64,000 nt of DNA from Eledone cirrhosa (lineage: Eukaryota), in the NCBI GenBank assembly GCA_964016885.1, contig OZ024759.1, forward strand, positions 23,250,001-23,314,000. Direction: 5' to 3'. Below, in pieces: positions 27,001-41,700 of this stretch (the first letter of the stretch is position 1; each line of letters begins with the position of its first letter). The notes under the pieces were generated by a model that had not been told where the DNA came from, searched no databases, and saw only the letters and a list, made by a program, of their open reading frames with translations. The translations under genes and the position numbers were made by a program.

Positions 27001-28895
27001 ACCCTCTACCGATACTGCCAATCCACCTCAAAATAATAAGTCCTCAGCATGTCAGCTGGAACACACAATAGAGTATAGATTCTTACCAGTTACATTACTC
27101 CATGTAGAACTGTTTATGTTAGCATTGCAGATTAGAGATGTGTTTTCCAATAAGAAACCATCACCATAACATACCTCTTTGATAATACAAATGTCAGTCT
27201 GTAAATAGATAAATACACATATATTCCTTAACCCTTTAGCATTTACATTATTCTATATTTACTATTGTATTTTCATGCTAAACACTATTTTCACATAATA
27301 TTGAATCTATGAGATTTTGATGTTATCTATTTTGAGAACAATACCTTAACGTCACTATGAGCAGCCAGTTATTGCTGGTGTGAACAGAAAGAGGTAAGAG
27401 AATTCTGGCCGGATATGGCCAGTTTAAATGCTGAAGGGTTAATCAGCCTGGTGCTAATCTCCCTTGCAGAGAGCGGGTGTCTCTGAATCAGTTACACATG
27501 TGTCAGGTGATTCAGAGCAGCCATGTACCATTGGGAGTTGCATCCATCAACAGCTTACCAGTGTGGCTCTCCACCAGAGCAGACTGCTGAACTGAGTAAG
27601 TGTCTGGATCTCTGCCCACCTAAAAATATGAATCTCACAGCTCCTAATCCCATCACCATGAGCTGGTTACAATGCCGAGAGGACATCACATAACTGCAGC
27701 TGTCTAATATGGAAGAAGCAGTTTAGTCCACTCTGTAAAGTGGTAGTGCTGGTGCAATGAGAAAAGTACCCACTCCACCTTGTAATGGCAGTAGTGCTGG
27801 TGATACGATAAAAAAACACTCCATACACAGTGTAAAGGTGTTATTGCTGGTGTCACAATATAAAGCACCCAGTCCACTCTGTAAGGTGGTATTGCTGGTG
27901 CTACAAAAGATGTACCCATTCACCCTGTAAAATAGTATTGCTGGGGTCTCAATAAAAATCCCACAGTTCACCCTGTATGGGTGTGTTGTGTTCTTGAGTA
28001 AGATACTTTATTTCACATTGTTCAGCTTGTAAAATGAGTTGTGCCTATAATTCAAAGGGCCAGCTTTGTCATATACTCACACTGAATCTCCATGATAACT
28101 TGTGGGGCTAGTGAACCAGAAATGCAAAGGCAGTATTGCCAAAACCATATGTTAAGTTGCAATCTTAACAATGATTTAATAAATTTAGTAAATCCCTCAA
28201 AAGTCTTCATAATTAATTGAAATGGATTGTATTTAACTAAAAATACAATCATGAAAGAATTACTTATTGGGCAAGTGTTTCCTTCACATGAGCCCTTAAG
28301 GAACATTAATCACAGCAAAAAAAGCAAAAAGCAAAAAGGGGGTCTTACTCTTTGAGAGCAATTTTCACCATCGCACTTGAAACAGAGTGGGTTATAACGA
28401 ATGAAATACAGGCATAATTCGGATTTTCTTATTCTGTCATTGCTTATGGAGATCTTGTATATTCCTGAATTTTCTATTGGGCAAATGACCTGGTCACTGG
28501 TGATGTAGATAGCATCACTTGTATATTCAAATAAGGTCTCGTTGGGGAGCTACAATAGAATAAACAGCAAATAGGTTTGTTATTAGGGAATTATATAGAA
28601 TACAGTAAAAAGGTAAGATAAAAGCCATTAAGTTATGGAGTTGTAGCGATTACCAAATCTGGTAGAGTCCATCCCTCTTCAGGTCAATACACAGCCAATC
28701 TCTTCCAGAAAGAAAGAGACATGGCACTTTATTTTATTAAATTATTTTGATATAATAAACTTCCAACAAATTACTGTCTTATAAAAAGACGTGTGTGTGT
28801 GTACATGGATATTATTACACACACACACATATATACATACATATGTATTTATACATATATATATATATATATAATATATATATAATATATATATA

Positions 28896-28958
<63 letters not shown>

Positions 28959-29166
28959 GGTGAAAAGGCTCCCAGTCTACACTGTAAATGTGGTTGATGT
29001 TAAGAAGGGCATCCAGCTGTAAAAAAAAACCTGCCAGAGGCGTTTCCATGAGTGCGAGACATGGTCTCCTGATCATTCCCGCATCAAAGGGAACAAAACC
29101 GTCTAACCCATGCTAGTGTGGAAGATGGACGTTAAACGGTGATGATAATGATGATATATATATATG

Positions 29167-29213
<47 letters not shown>

Positions 29214-32200
29214 GAAGTAATTCCGTCGGAAAAGTCCAGGAAAAAAGAGTGCTCTATGTAAGCAACAGAGCTTAATTATTATTATGTAATAAACAACATA
29301 AGGCAATTATTCCATTTACCAGTGGTTTCTTAAAAGCAAAAGGTTTTGCTTTCAATCCTCAGAACGAAAAAATCCTGGTTCCTGGATTTTTTCGTTCTGA
29401 GGATTGAAAGCAAAACCTTTTGCTTTTAAGAAACCACTGGTAAATGGAATAATTGCCTTATGTTGTTTATTACATAATAATATATATATATATATGCAAA
29501 AGTTCTATTTAAAATTGTTGGGATACAACAAGTAAATATTTTATAACTGATATAAAGCACTCGACAAGTTTTTGGAGTAGATATACGATATTAAATAAAT
29601 GGAAACTATATTTATAAAACCATATTTATTTCATTATACATATTTCAGGGATACCAAATTAAAATATGGTATGCCTTCATCAGACAAAATACAATATATA
29701 AACAGTTTTATAAATAATTTTGACGTACCCTATTAGAAGTGACCATTACTATCCAGACAGCTTCCAAAAGTAATGGTCGCTTCTAATAGGGTACGTCAAA
29801 ATTATTTATAAAACTGTTTATATATTGTATTTTGTCTGATGAAGGCATACCATATTTTAATTTGGTACCCCTGAAATATGTATAATGAAATAAATATGGT
29901 TTTATAAATATAGTTTCCATTTATTTAATATCGTATATATATATATATATATTCTAAGCACTTCAAAAAGCCAATTATTCGTCTTCATACATTATTATAG
30001 AATTAATAAATACAAACAAACAAAACAAATCAACACAATAATATTTAAGAAAAAGTAATGACAACAAAGTTTACCTTTGTATATATGTAATGACAAGACA
30101 GCATGGAATTTTCTACAAAATTTTCACCCCAAACAACCACTTCACTGCAATTTTTAATCCGCTCATCACATAGTGTCTCGTCCAAAGATTCTATAACTGG
30201 GGCTGTTTTCAACTTAACGGAACAATCAAGACCAATGTATCCATCTTCACATTGGCACTCTCCTACATTATTCAAATAATAAAATAAAAAATTACAATAT
30301 AACTTAACTATTTTGTTACAATATACGAGAGTTGACTAAAAAAGTTCATAGGCTGATTATGAAGGAGTGATGCTAGGGCTGTGAAATTTTGCATGCATTA
30401 ATTTCAACTCTTCTCATTGATAACTACATTGTTTCTTTCTTGGGACTATGTTGAAAAATAAACCTCATTTGGTCATTCCATGAGAGTACCTTTGTCAGCT
30501 TATGAACTTTTCAGCTGATTCTTGTATCCTTGAATGAAACAGTTCTAGTCCTGTAGAAGCCATTTCTATATTAAATATACACACACATATATATATATGT
30601 CAAGAAATCCCAGTAGAAGGAAGACGCAGAAGAGGTAGACCACGTAAAACATAGGCGGAGGTGGTGAGAGCAGACCTCAGATTGCTGAAACTCACCAAGG
30701 AGATGACGAAGGACCATGACAAGTGGAGAGATGCTGTGCTGAATAGGACCCGTCCAACCCTTGCAAGCAGGGAAAAGCGGACGTAAAATGATGATGATGA
30801 TGATATATATATGAATAAAATTAACCAGGATTAAATTACATTAAATTATTTTAATTATTTTAATGGCAACATTGAATTATTGAACTATTTATTATATTGT
30901 GTTAAGAGGTGCCTACTGACTGTAGGTTTAAGTTTGTATGTAAGGGAAGGCAGGTTTTCTGTAATGTAAATGATAAAGGGTTAATAATGTTCTATACAAA
31001 TGAACATGTGTGGCTTAGTGGTTAGAGAAGTGGATGAGCTATGTGTTAAGTCCTTGAGCAAGACTCTCTATTTCACATTGCTCTTTCTGTCAGGAATTGC
31101 AACCAGTAGATAATATTAGCAATTTGAAAGACCAAAGGAAACATTGTTTGACGAGTCCCAACCCACTTGGTAAACAAATGTAAATGCGGTATAGGATAAA
31201 TGCAAATGCAGTCTAGGATCTTGAAGGCTTTAACCCAGCATGGTCACAGTCTAATGAATGAAACCAGTAATAGAATGAAAGAATCCATTTGTTGAAGTAA
31301 TACAACTTACCTTTTACACATTCGCCAAGGTTGTTACAATCATTTGGACATATGTCCTCCAAGATTTTGTTTGGACTGTCAGTGTTTGTGTTGTTGTTCC
31401 ACAAATCAACGTTAGCTTTTATTTCCATAATACAAGATTCTTGAAGATTTTGTATTGCTTCTCTGGTCCAAGAATTATCTTCAGTTATCTAATTCCCCAA
31501 GAAATAAAAGAAAATATTAATTTATTATTTAAGAATGTATTGGGAAAGCCGGTACAATGAGCATAGGATATATCAAAGGTTTTCAAAGTGGGCAGAACCA
31601 CCCCTTGCAGGGTGTTGAGAAGGTCCAGGGGGCGCTGCGGTCTAAGGGGGTGGTAGGGTGGTGTGGTAGAGATTATATAATAGTATATTAAATATCAGAT
31701 GATACATATTATATATAAATATATGAAAATAAAAAAATATATAATCTCTATTTATACATAATATATATTATATTATTTATCATATATAAATTAATGGTTT
31801 TATTTATTATATATTATTTACAATTTGCATGTTGGCAGGTCTGTCTGTAAATAGAGTTGGAGGGCGCTGAGGGTATTATGTGGCCATGAGGAGGGGGCGG
31901 TGGCCCCAAAAGTTTGAGAGCCTCTGGGATATATATGGTGGTGGTAGTAGTAAAGTAAAATACGAATGGCAAAACAAAACAATAGTTTTTTACCCTATAT
32001 CTCATAATATTTCAAGTTTATAACCTCTTTATCAAATGCAAAATGAAGAAAAAATTGAAGTGTCATGATCCTATGAGATATTCTTTGTTGTGTAACTGAC
32101 CATTGGTGAAAATGGTACATGATGAGTCATAACAGCTAGCTTACACATGTAGCTCGGGTCTGTTGTTAATGCATAGTTTATGCCTGTTGATACAAAGAAG

Positions 32201-35200
32201 CTCCTTGATCTGCAAATTGCCAATGTTCCTCTTGATAGTGTCTATGGTGGTTTCTCTATTGTTCATCTGTCTTATTCTAGTGTTATAACTAACTTTTTTT
32301 GTAATTATTATTTATCTGGTGTTTGGAGCATAACTTAACAATGGTTCTTACACTAAATAACGATGGAAAGTTTTTAGATAAATATAAACATTTTTGTTAA
32401 GATATTTCCAATGTCTATGATTTTTTTATTTAGAAAATAATCCAAAACGTGGAGGGATGTTATCATCATCACCGTTTAATGTCTATCTTCCACGCTAGCA
32501 TGGGTTTAGATGGGAATTGTCCTACTAGAGGCAAGATTGGTTGGGTGACCATGTCTCGCTCGTATAGGACTGTCTGGCAGGTTTTCTACGGCTGGATGCC
32601 CTTTCTAACACCAACCACATTTACAGTGTGGACTGGGAGGTTTTTACCGTGTTACCTACACGACCACATTACAGCGTGGACTGTCTGTTTTTTTTTGTCA
32701 TGACACCTACACGACCTCATTTATTTTGGACTGGATGTTGTAGTAATATAAATTCCCCTTATTAAGCTGGTGTTTGCTCTTACATAAAATTATGATGCAA
32801 GGTTTTTAGATAAATATAAACACTTTAGTTCTAATGAAAGACGCTGTCTATGATTTTTAAGTTTGAAAATAATCAGGAATTTAGAGGGATTTAATAATAT
32901 AACTAACTTTAAAAACAACATTTTTTAATAAGTGTTTGGAACATCATCGTTTAACCTTCCTTTTTCAATGTTAGCATGGGTTAGACGAGTTATCCCATTT
33001 GAGGCAACTTGGGTCATGTGTCTTGCTCACACAGAACTGTTTCTGGCTAGGTTTCTATGGCTGGATACCCTTTCTAATGCCAACCACATTTACAGTGTGT
33101 GCTGGGTACTTTTTGTCGTGATACCACCACGACTACTTTATAGTGTGGGCTGGGTGTTTTTTGTCATGACTGCTTAACGACTACTTCACAGTGTGTGCTG
33201 GGTGCTTTTTGTCGTGACACCTACTCGACCATTTTTCATAAAATATATATCGATGGAAGATTTTAAGATAAATATAAACAGCTTTCTATTATAAAACCAG
33301 AAAGCAGTTGGTTTGGTATAAAAAAAGGTTACAACACATGTTGGGATATTTATGGTGCCTATACCATCAGGACATCTCAAAAGATCTGAAAAATCTTTAC
33401 CTTAATATCCTCCACACAGGAGTCCAAAGAGATGGAAAAGTCAACGTTGGGAAGAATTTGAAGACATGCTCTGGTAGAATTACCCATTTCAATCTTTGAT
33501 TTGCATGTAGCAATTGCTTCTTCTTCTGTGATGTTAAATGATGGTGTCGGCCAGGTGTAGTCCTGAAACAGTTACAGGTAACAATTTTGTAGGTGAGAAG
33601 TGGGACAGGTAATTATAGCTTTAATATTATTTCAGTACAACAAAATAACATATGTAAATTTACAAATATGCTTAGATGTATGTATATGTATGTATGTATG
33701 TATGTATATATATATATACATATGAGTTTCAGAAGATCTTCTTACGGGTGAAAGCAGCGATTCTTGGCTTAAACTCGAATCTGTTATTTTAATAATTACT
33801 AGCAGAATGACCTGGCGTTGTTTGGGATTCTAAACATAAATTGGCATGTTTATCCCTCCTTTCTGAAACAGTACAGAGAAGTACAGAATACCTCAGCCTG
33901 GTGAATATATATATATATATATATATATGTGTGTATATAGATATATATTTATATAATGCAGGAAGAGTGGTAAGGAACCAGATAGACCATAATGCACCAG
34001 AGTACTCAATACTTAGGGTAGTAGAGTGGGTAATAGGAAAATGTTTGACCCCGACGGCAGAGCTCAAACCGTTTCAACTGCTATTTAGTCCAGAAATAGC
34101 CGTCGAAACGGCTTGAGCTCTGCCGTCGGAGTCAAACATTTTCCTAAATATATATATATATTTAAAAGAATCAAAGTCAATGTTGCAGCATATGTACAAA
34201 CTTTATTTGCATATTTCAATTGTAATATGCAAATAAAATTTGTACATATGTTGCAACACTCATGTCAACACTTAAATTTATTTACACTCTGAACACTATA
34301 GCTGTAACACTGGAATACAACCCAAACAAAATGGACCTTATAACAGCATTGGGTGCTTCGAATGGTGATGCAACACCTGTAACTACTGTTACACACATAA
34401 CTAATGTATATACATATATGCAGTTGTACCTTGCAGTACAAGTGCCCCATTCATCATCATCATCATCATTTTACGTCCACTTTTCCCTGCTTGCAAGGGT
34501 GGGATGGGAACTGATTCTGGCTTGATTTCTACAGCTGGATGCTCAAACCACTAAGCCATGTGCCTCCATTGTACAAGTAATTTGCTGTACGAACCGAGGC
34601 TCGTGTAAATTTTTGTCTTGTAGTACGAGTGGAAAACCACAGTAAGAGCGAGTTTCATACAAGCGACTGCTAGTTGGCACTCAGCTCGCAGACACTGTTC
34701 CAACAAGCGCAGTCCCCACTCACTCAGTTAATGTGTTTACCTCGTTGTCGCAGCATCCCTATTGTGTTTTTCCCAGTGTTTTTTTTTAGTTCTGTGTGTT
34801 TTTTGCTATTATTTTGGGTGGTGGATTAGCAGTATCACTAGAGGGTCGGACGCCATGCTTTCCAGCATGGAGTTACGGCCCTTGCCATTCTGAGTACAAA
34901 TCCCGCCGAGGTTAATTTTGCCTTTCATCCTTACGGGGTTGATAAAATAAAGCAGCAGTAATACACTGGGATAATTGCTGGCCTTGTGCCAAAAGTAGAC
35001 ATTATTATTATTATTATATTTATCTATATCATCATCATCATTTTATGTCTGCTTTTCCCTGCCTTCAAGGGTTGGATGGGTCCTATTCAGCACAGCATCT
35101 CTCCACCTGCCACAGTCCCTCGTCATCTCCTCGGTGAGCCCCAGCGATCAGAGGTCTACTCTCACCACCTCCGCCCATGTTTTTCGTGGTCTACCTCTAC

Positions 35201-35684
35201 TGCGTCTTCCCTCCACTGGGACGTCATGGCACTTCTTCACCCAGCAATCATCCTCCAAGTGCATCACAATGTCCATACCATCTCAGCCTTCTCTCCCGCA
35301 CACCACAACTTATCCCTCTTAAACCTAGTCTCTTTCTCATGCACACACAAATACACACACAGGCAAACAAACATAAGAAAATCTTTAACTGGTTTTTTTG
35401 TTTGTTTTGTTTTTTTTGTAAATTCCAATATATGATTGATTAAAAAATTTAAGCAAAAAATAATAAAATAAAAATGAATAGAAAGTTTCGAAGGAATTGA
35501 TAACTTACAGGGGTTACATATGTAACGTTATATTCAAATATTTCCTCTTGTTGCCGTGAGATACACTTCACAGGGGTTTGGGCTTGTTTTACTAACCTGG
35601 CTGTGATATCTTTGACTGAAAATGTAAAAAAATAAAAATAAAAAATAAATTATAAATAAATAAAAAAAAATTCTATGGCCACAG

Positions 35685-35754
<70 letters not shown>

Positions 35755-38700
35755 TAGGTAGTGAATTGTCTGAGTCATTAGAATATCAGGTAGTATTCAT
35801 GTCAGCTCTCTGCTCTCTGAGTTCAAGTCCTGCTGAGGTCAACTTTGCCTTTCATCCATTCATGGTAGATAAAAAAAGTACCAGTCAAATACTGGGGTTG
35901 ATTCTTCCTCTATATCTCTTTCTTACTTCCTTTTTCTCACTCTCTCTATCCTTTTCTGGAAGAAATCTACAGTATTCAGGCCAGGTAAGGAGATGGGCTC
36001 TGCTAAGTTAAAACAAAAAAATGCCCAATAAATGCTGTATGTCAAAATGGTGCCTGTCCCTCGGGAGTTACAGGTCCATACCATGCCTTATCATCATTAT
36101 CATCATTATAATAATTGTTTCTACTTTTGGCACAAGGCCAGCAATTTGAAGGTAAGAAGAAAGTCAGATCATCATCATCATCATCATTTTATGTCCCCTT
36201 GCAAGGGTGGAACGGGTCCTATTCAGCACAACATCTCTCCTCTTGTCACAGTCCTTCGTCATCTCTGCCGTGAGCTTCAGCGATCTGAGGTCTGCTCTCA
36301 CCACCTCTGCCCATGTCTTCCTCTACTGCGTCTTCCTTCCACTGGGATTTCTTGGCACTTCTTCACCCAGCGGTCATCCTCCATGCACATCACATGTCCA
36401 TACCATTGCAGTCTTCTCTCCCGCACACGACAATTTATCCCTCTTATACACAGTTTTTCTCTCAACTCATCTATGCTTGGTCATTCACGCACATTGACAT
36501 TGCACATCCAACGGAGCATGCTTGCTTCATTTCTCTCTCTGATATAAGAATAAATGTTGTACCTTTGCGAGATCTTTTCGCTTTTGGTTTCCTTCCACAA
36601 GACTGGTAGGCCATATCTGTGCTACACTGGGGTTCACCTAATGATGGGCAATCACAGTAAACTTCTTCATCTTCTCGTTCTCTCGGATCTTTTAGAGGAC
36701 AATAACCAGTGTACAGTGTGTCAGTTTCGTTAACTCTGAAACCAAAGATGATAAAATGTTATTCAGTAAACTGATGAAGTCAAACTGATAATATTTCATT
36801 TTTTTTTTATCCCACTACAAAAAATTATATATATATGATGGACTCTCCCGTCGATTCGACGGTAGCTGAGAGAAAACAATCAACAATTGACAATTATTTT
36901 GGAGTGCTTTCCTCCTCGTCGTCATCCTCATCATCATCACCATTTAACGTCTATCTTTCCATGCTTGCATGGGTTTAGAAAAAAAAAAACTGCCAGCCCT
37001 TCATAAATCATGGAGCAATCCTCGAGCTGAATTCATCTGATAGCTGGATTCCACCTACAGCTGACAATAACTCGTTGACATAATTGTAGAACATAAACGA
37101 GAGCAAAACCTTACCTCCAGCTCTTAGAAAATTCATCAGGCTTCTTAGAACGATCAAATAAAAATTTGCCATTAGACATAAGTAGATCATTGTCTTTATT
37201 TCCATCAAAGAAACCACAAAGACCTAGAAAGAGAGAAATATAAGACATGACAGCAGAGTGGTAACTAGAGTATGACAAGCATGGCACATGCCATGGGTGC
37301 CACATGCCATGGGTGCCACATGTCATGGGTGCCATGTGTCATGCGTGCCACATGCCATGGGTGCCACATGAAGGGGGCATCAGTTGGACTAGGAGACATT
37401 CTATTAAAGTCAAATAAGCCTCGTCGGAGAGTGAAAAAAGAAACTCCTTCAGATGTATGATCTGTCTCTGATTATCATGGCTGAGAACAATATGGTGGCT
37501 GGATCATTAAAAACCATTTATATAAATTATTAGGCCAATAGGTAAAAATACAGTGCTGGACAGGGGCACAATTTCACTATTTGCCATAGCTGCTATTTGC
37601 CCTAGTTATACCTCTGCATGACAGACAATATGAGCACGATGAATCATTGCATGGCTACAGGCATGGCTCGCTGTGTGGTTAAGAAGTTCAACCTCCCTTC
37701 ATAACACTTTAGGTAATAGTAGGCACCTTCTACCATTAATTCAGATAGATCAACACCTTGGCAACCTCTTTCATGGCATTTTAGATAACATTTGCACCCT
37801 TCTACCATTCATTCAGACCAAAATCTTGACAACCTCCACATGGCCCTTTATATAACATTAGGGGCCTCCTGTCATTAACTTGGATAGAGTTTTTTTACTG
37901 TAAATAATACACAACAGTCCCAATGATATTTTCAGCTAGGGGTCTCAAATGCATATTTTTTCTACTATAAATAATTGTTTCTATTTTAGGCACATGGCCA
38001 GCAATTACCCAGTACATAAACAAGAGCTCTGATGAAATTTTCGACCAGGGACTTCATGGAAACTTATTCCACTTCTACACACACAGGTGCGGATTAAGTG
38101 ATGCAGGCACTGACTGTGCTGTAGCAAGGCGTGCCACAATATTTAAAAGGTCACAAATTCTTCTTTTCTTTTTTTGTCTACTATAAATAATAAGGACTCT
38201 AATGATTTTTTCATTCAGGGCCTCAATTTTTGTTTTTAGTTGCTACCAAAAATAACACAAGAACCCCAATAAAAGTTTCAACTAGGAGCCTCAAATAATT
38301 TTTTTTCCTACTATAAATAATAAACAAGGGGTTCTGAAGAAATTTTCAGCCAAGGTTTCCATGGAAACTTATTCCACTTCTCCACAACACTGAATGCATA
38401 CATTCATAGACACAAACACACACACACATATATATACACACACACACAGACTCATATACATACACACAAACACATACACCCATATATGCATATACAAAAA
38501 TAAATGATGGTTTTATGCCAAAATTATAAAGTAACATAAGACATATTTGAAGTTACCTTCAGTCTTCTTAAAATCTGCAGGTGAGGCTTGGAACCAAACA
38601 TTAATGAATTGTGAAGTTCTTTTTTTGCCTTTTTCCACCATGACATATGCACCAGTTGGCAGAATAACCTGAAAATTACAAACTTTATTTTAGAATTTAT

Positions 38701-41700
38701 GCAATTTATATAGTTTTGAGACATGAACAGTGAAGGTAGAGGATATGTGAGAACTGGAGACAGTACTGGTGTTATGATTTGAACTCAGAATGGCAAGGGC
38801 CGTAACTCTATGCTGGAGAGCATGGTGTCCAACCCTCTAGTGATACTGGCAATCCACCGCCCAAAATAATAGCAAAAAACACACAAAACTAAAAAAAACA
38901 CTGAGAAAAACACAATAGGGATGCTGCCACAACGAGGTAAATACATGAACTGAGTGAGTGGAGACTGCGCTTGTTGGGAAAGTGTCTGCGAGCTCAGCAC
39001 CAACTAGCAGTCGCTTGTATAAAACTCGCTCTTACTGTGGCTAAACCTGTGACAACTAAACCTGGATCTAAACTGATGAACCATTATACCTGAAACAACT
39101 TTGATCATAGATCTACTAGTATTGGGTTGACCTAGGGCCAAACAGATGAACCATCATACCTGAAACAACTTTGATCATAGATCTACTAGTATTGGGTTGA
39201 CCTAGGGCCAAACAGATGAACCATCATTCCTGAAACAACTTTGATCATAGATCTACTAGTATTGGGTTGATCATGGTTTAAACAAACTGACTGTCATGGC
39301 TGAAACAACTATGATCATAGTTCTACCAGTAGGTGGTTGACCTAGGGTTAAACAGATGGACTGTTATAGCTGAAACAACTATGATCATAGATCTAGGGCT
39401 AAAGAGACCTATTGACTTAGCTGAAACAACTATGATCATAGATCTAGGGCTAAAGAGACCTATTGACTTAGCTGAAACAACTATGATCATAAACCTACCA
39501 GTAGATGGTTGACCTGGGGCTAAACAGTAACAAAATAAAATATTTGTTTAAATGACAAGAAATGACAGTAGATGGTTGTCCATGGACTAAACAGACTGAC
39601 TGTCATAGCTGAAACAACTATGATCGTAATTCTACCAGCAAATGGTTGACCAAGGGTTAAACAGATGGACTGTCATAGCTGAAACAACTATGATCATAGT
39701 TCTACCAGTAGATGGTCGACCTGGGGTTAAACAGTAACAAAATAAAATATTTTTTGAAATGACAAGAACAAAAAAAAAGGGGGAGGGGGGTCAGATCACC
39801 TGCTCAAAAAAACCAAAGCTAAAATGAAATATCTAAAAGTTGTTTTATATAACACTTACTTGATATTTCTTGCCTCCATAATGACTTAGAATCTTTGTTT
39901 TTGGTGTCAGATTTCCATTGAGATAAAGGAACACTTTCATTGGGTGCCGCTTCTTTGACTTTTTGGCACCACACTGATCTATCAAAATGACATCATCTCC
40001 TGAGAGAATTGCAACAGCGCAGTTACAAGATGCACGGCCATTGCAGTTGCGATAGAAGGTATGTACTGCGTATGGTAATGTTGTATGGCTGTACAAGACA
40101 AATTCACCTTCAAAGAAATTGTTATAATATTTTCCATCCAGTGTTGTAATATGGGGATCATTGATAGATTTACAGATCGCCTTCTTATCACTGTCCTTGA
40201 TATCTACTTGAACTTGCCCAATGTTTAACTCATTGAGTGTGTTATTACTAATCCAAATGGAAACCCAACGGCTTTGAAGTCTGTCTCGTAATCCATCAGT
40301 CGTTCCAAGGACTGGAATTTGTAAAATCGATCTCCAGTTCATGTTGGTGATTGAAAATCGGCATTGATTTTTATCGGAGTAATTCTGCTGTTGGACGTGA
40401 CCGAATACTACCTGAGGTATTATTTCATCATCACAATAGAAATCTTTTCTATGTTTTTCAAGTTTGGTGAGTACATGGAAACGGCAGTCATTACCAGAAC
40501 ACATCAACCGTGGTGGCAAATTTGATTTCAGTTTGATAAATCCTGGTTTATCACCTTCCACAACATTTATCTTGCTTGAAAGGATCTTAATCTCAGCAGC
40601 AATAGTATTACTGTGACGTTTCGGTCCTTGTAAGTTTTCACAATCAGAGATGAAGCAAGCTGAAACTGCACAATTGATTGTGTCATTATATTTCATCATA
40701 GTCAAATGACTTTCATTCAGTGATACTTGGTAGGTACGGTTGTCAAATTCTGGATTTACTGACAAAATTTCTTTCTTATTCAAGTACCAAAACACTGAAT
40801 ATTTCAGTTGATTATTATCTGGATGAGGTGGAAAAGAACACAGGAATTTAACTTGCTCAGTTTTATTATGAACATGCAGTCTGATTTCTGGTGGGTTTTT
40901 GAAAGTTGGTGGTTCTGTTTTAATCTTGGTTTCTTCAATAGTTTCAATAGTAGCGTTTGTAATTGTCCAGCCTTCAATAATAATATGAGCGAAGTCAGTC
41001 TTCAGAAAAGATGTCCCAATAAGGAGATTTCTAACAAGAGTACCTTTCACCTCACGGACTATAAATTCTGTTTGTCTAGCAACTATATTTTTATCAAACA
41101 TCAGTAGCAAGCCACTCTGTGGATTCCAGCTGAAGGATATTGATATGAACATTCCGACACGGAATTTGTCTGTTTTTAATGTCCACTGCTTGTCTGGGGT
41201 GCTTACTGTAAGGAAGAGGAAGCCTTTTGACACCCACATTGCACTTCCAGAATATTGTAATCTCTCACCTCCATTACTGAAAATTACCATGTAATCTTTT
41301 AGAGTGACTATCTTGAGGTTGAAGTTCACTGTAAACCCTCCAAAACACTCCCGTGCTTCTGCACTAAAGCAGTTGATTCCTTTACCCATGTCAATCATTT
41401 GGTTTATGCCACCAAGTAGCAGAGCTTGTCCACCAAAAGGACCAGATACAATTTTGATGTTTCCGCTAAAGGTCAGATTGAATTTTGGTGTGACAATGAC
41501 ATTTCTTATTATTCTCAGGAAGCCCAGTCGGATAACAATGGTGTTAGTAACTGCGGAGTAAAAGAAATAGTTATAAAATTTAATAGAAGTTATATTGTTT
41601 AATCTAAGACAAAAATGTTCTAATTTTTTTCTGTAAGATTATGTATGTCTAACGTTTGTCTTGGGCCCCGAGGCTCATCAGATTGGTGTTTATTTTGGTT

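Noticed and set aside
28645-28690. CTGAAGA plus short stem on the minus strand
   Set aside because: No GAAA follows the stem, so the hammerhead core is incomplete.
39860-41550. Giant exon as an independent retrogene or horizontally acquired gene
   Set aside because: It has its own acceptor and donor at positions shared with sister modules, is in frame with both flanking exons, and shows no poly-A tail or TSD.
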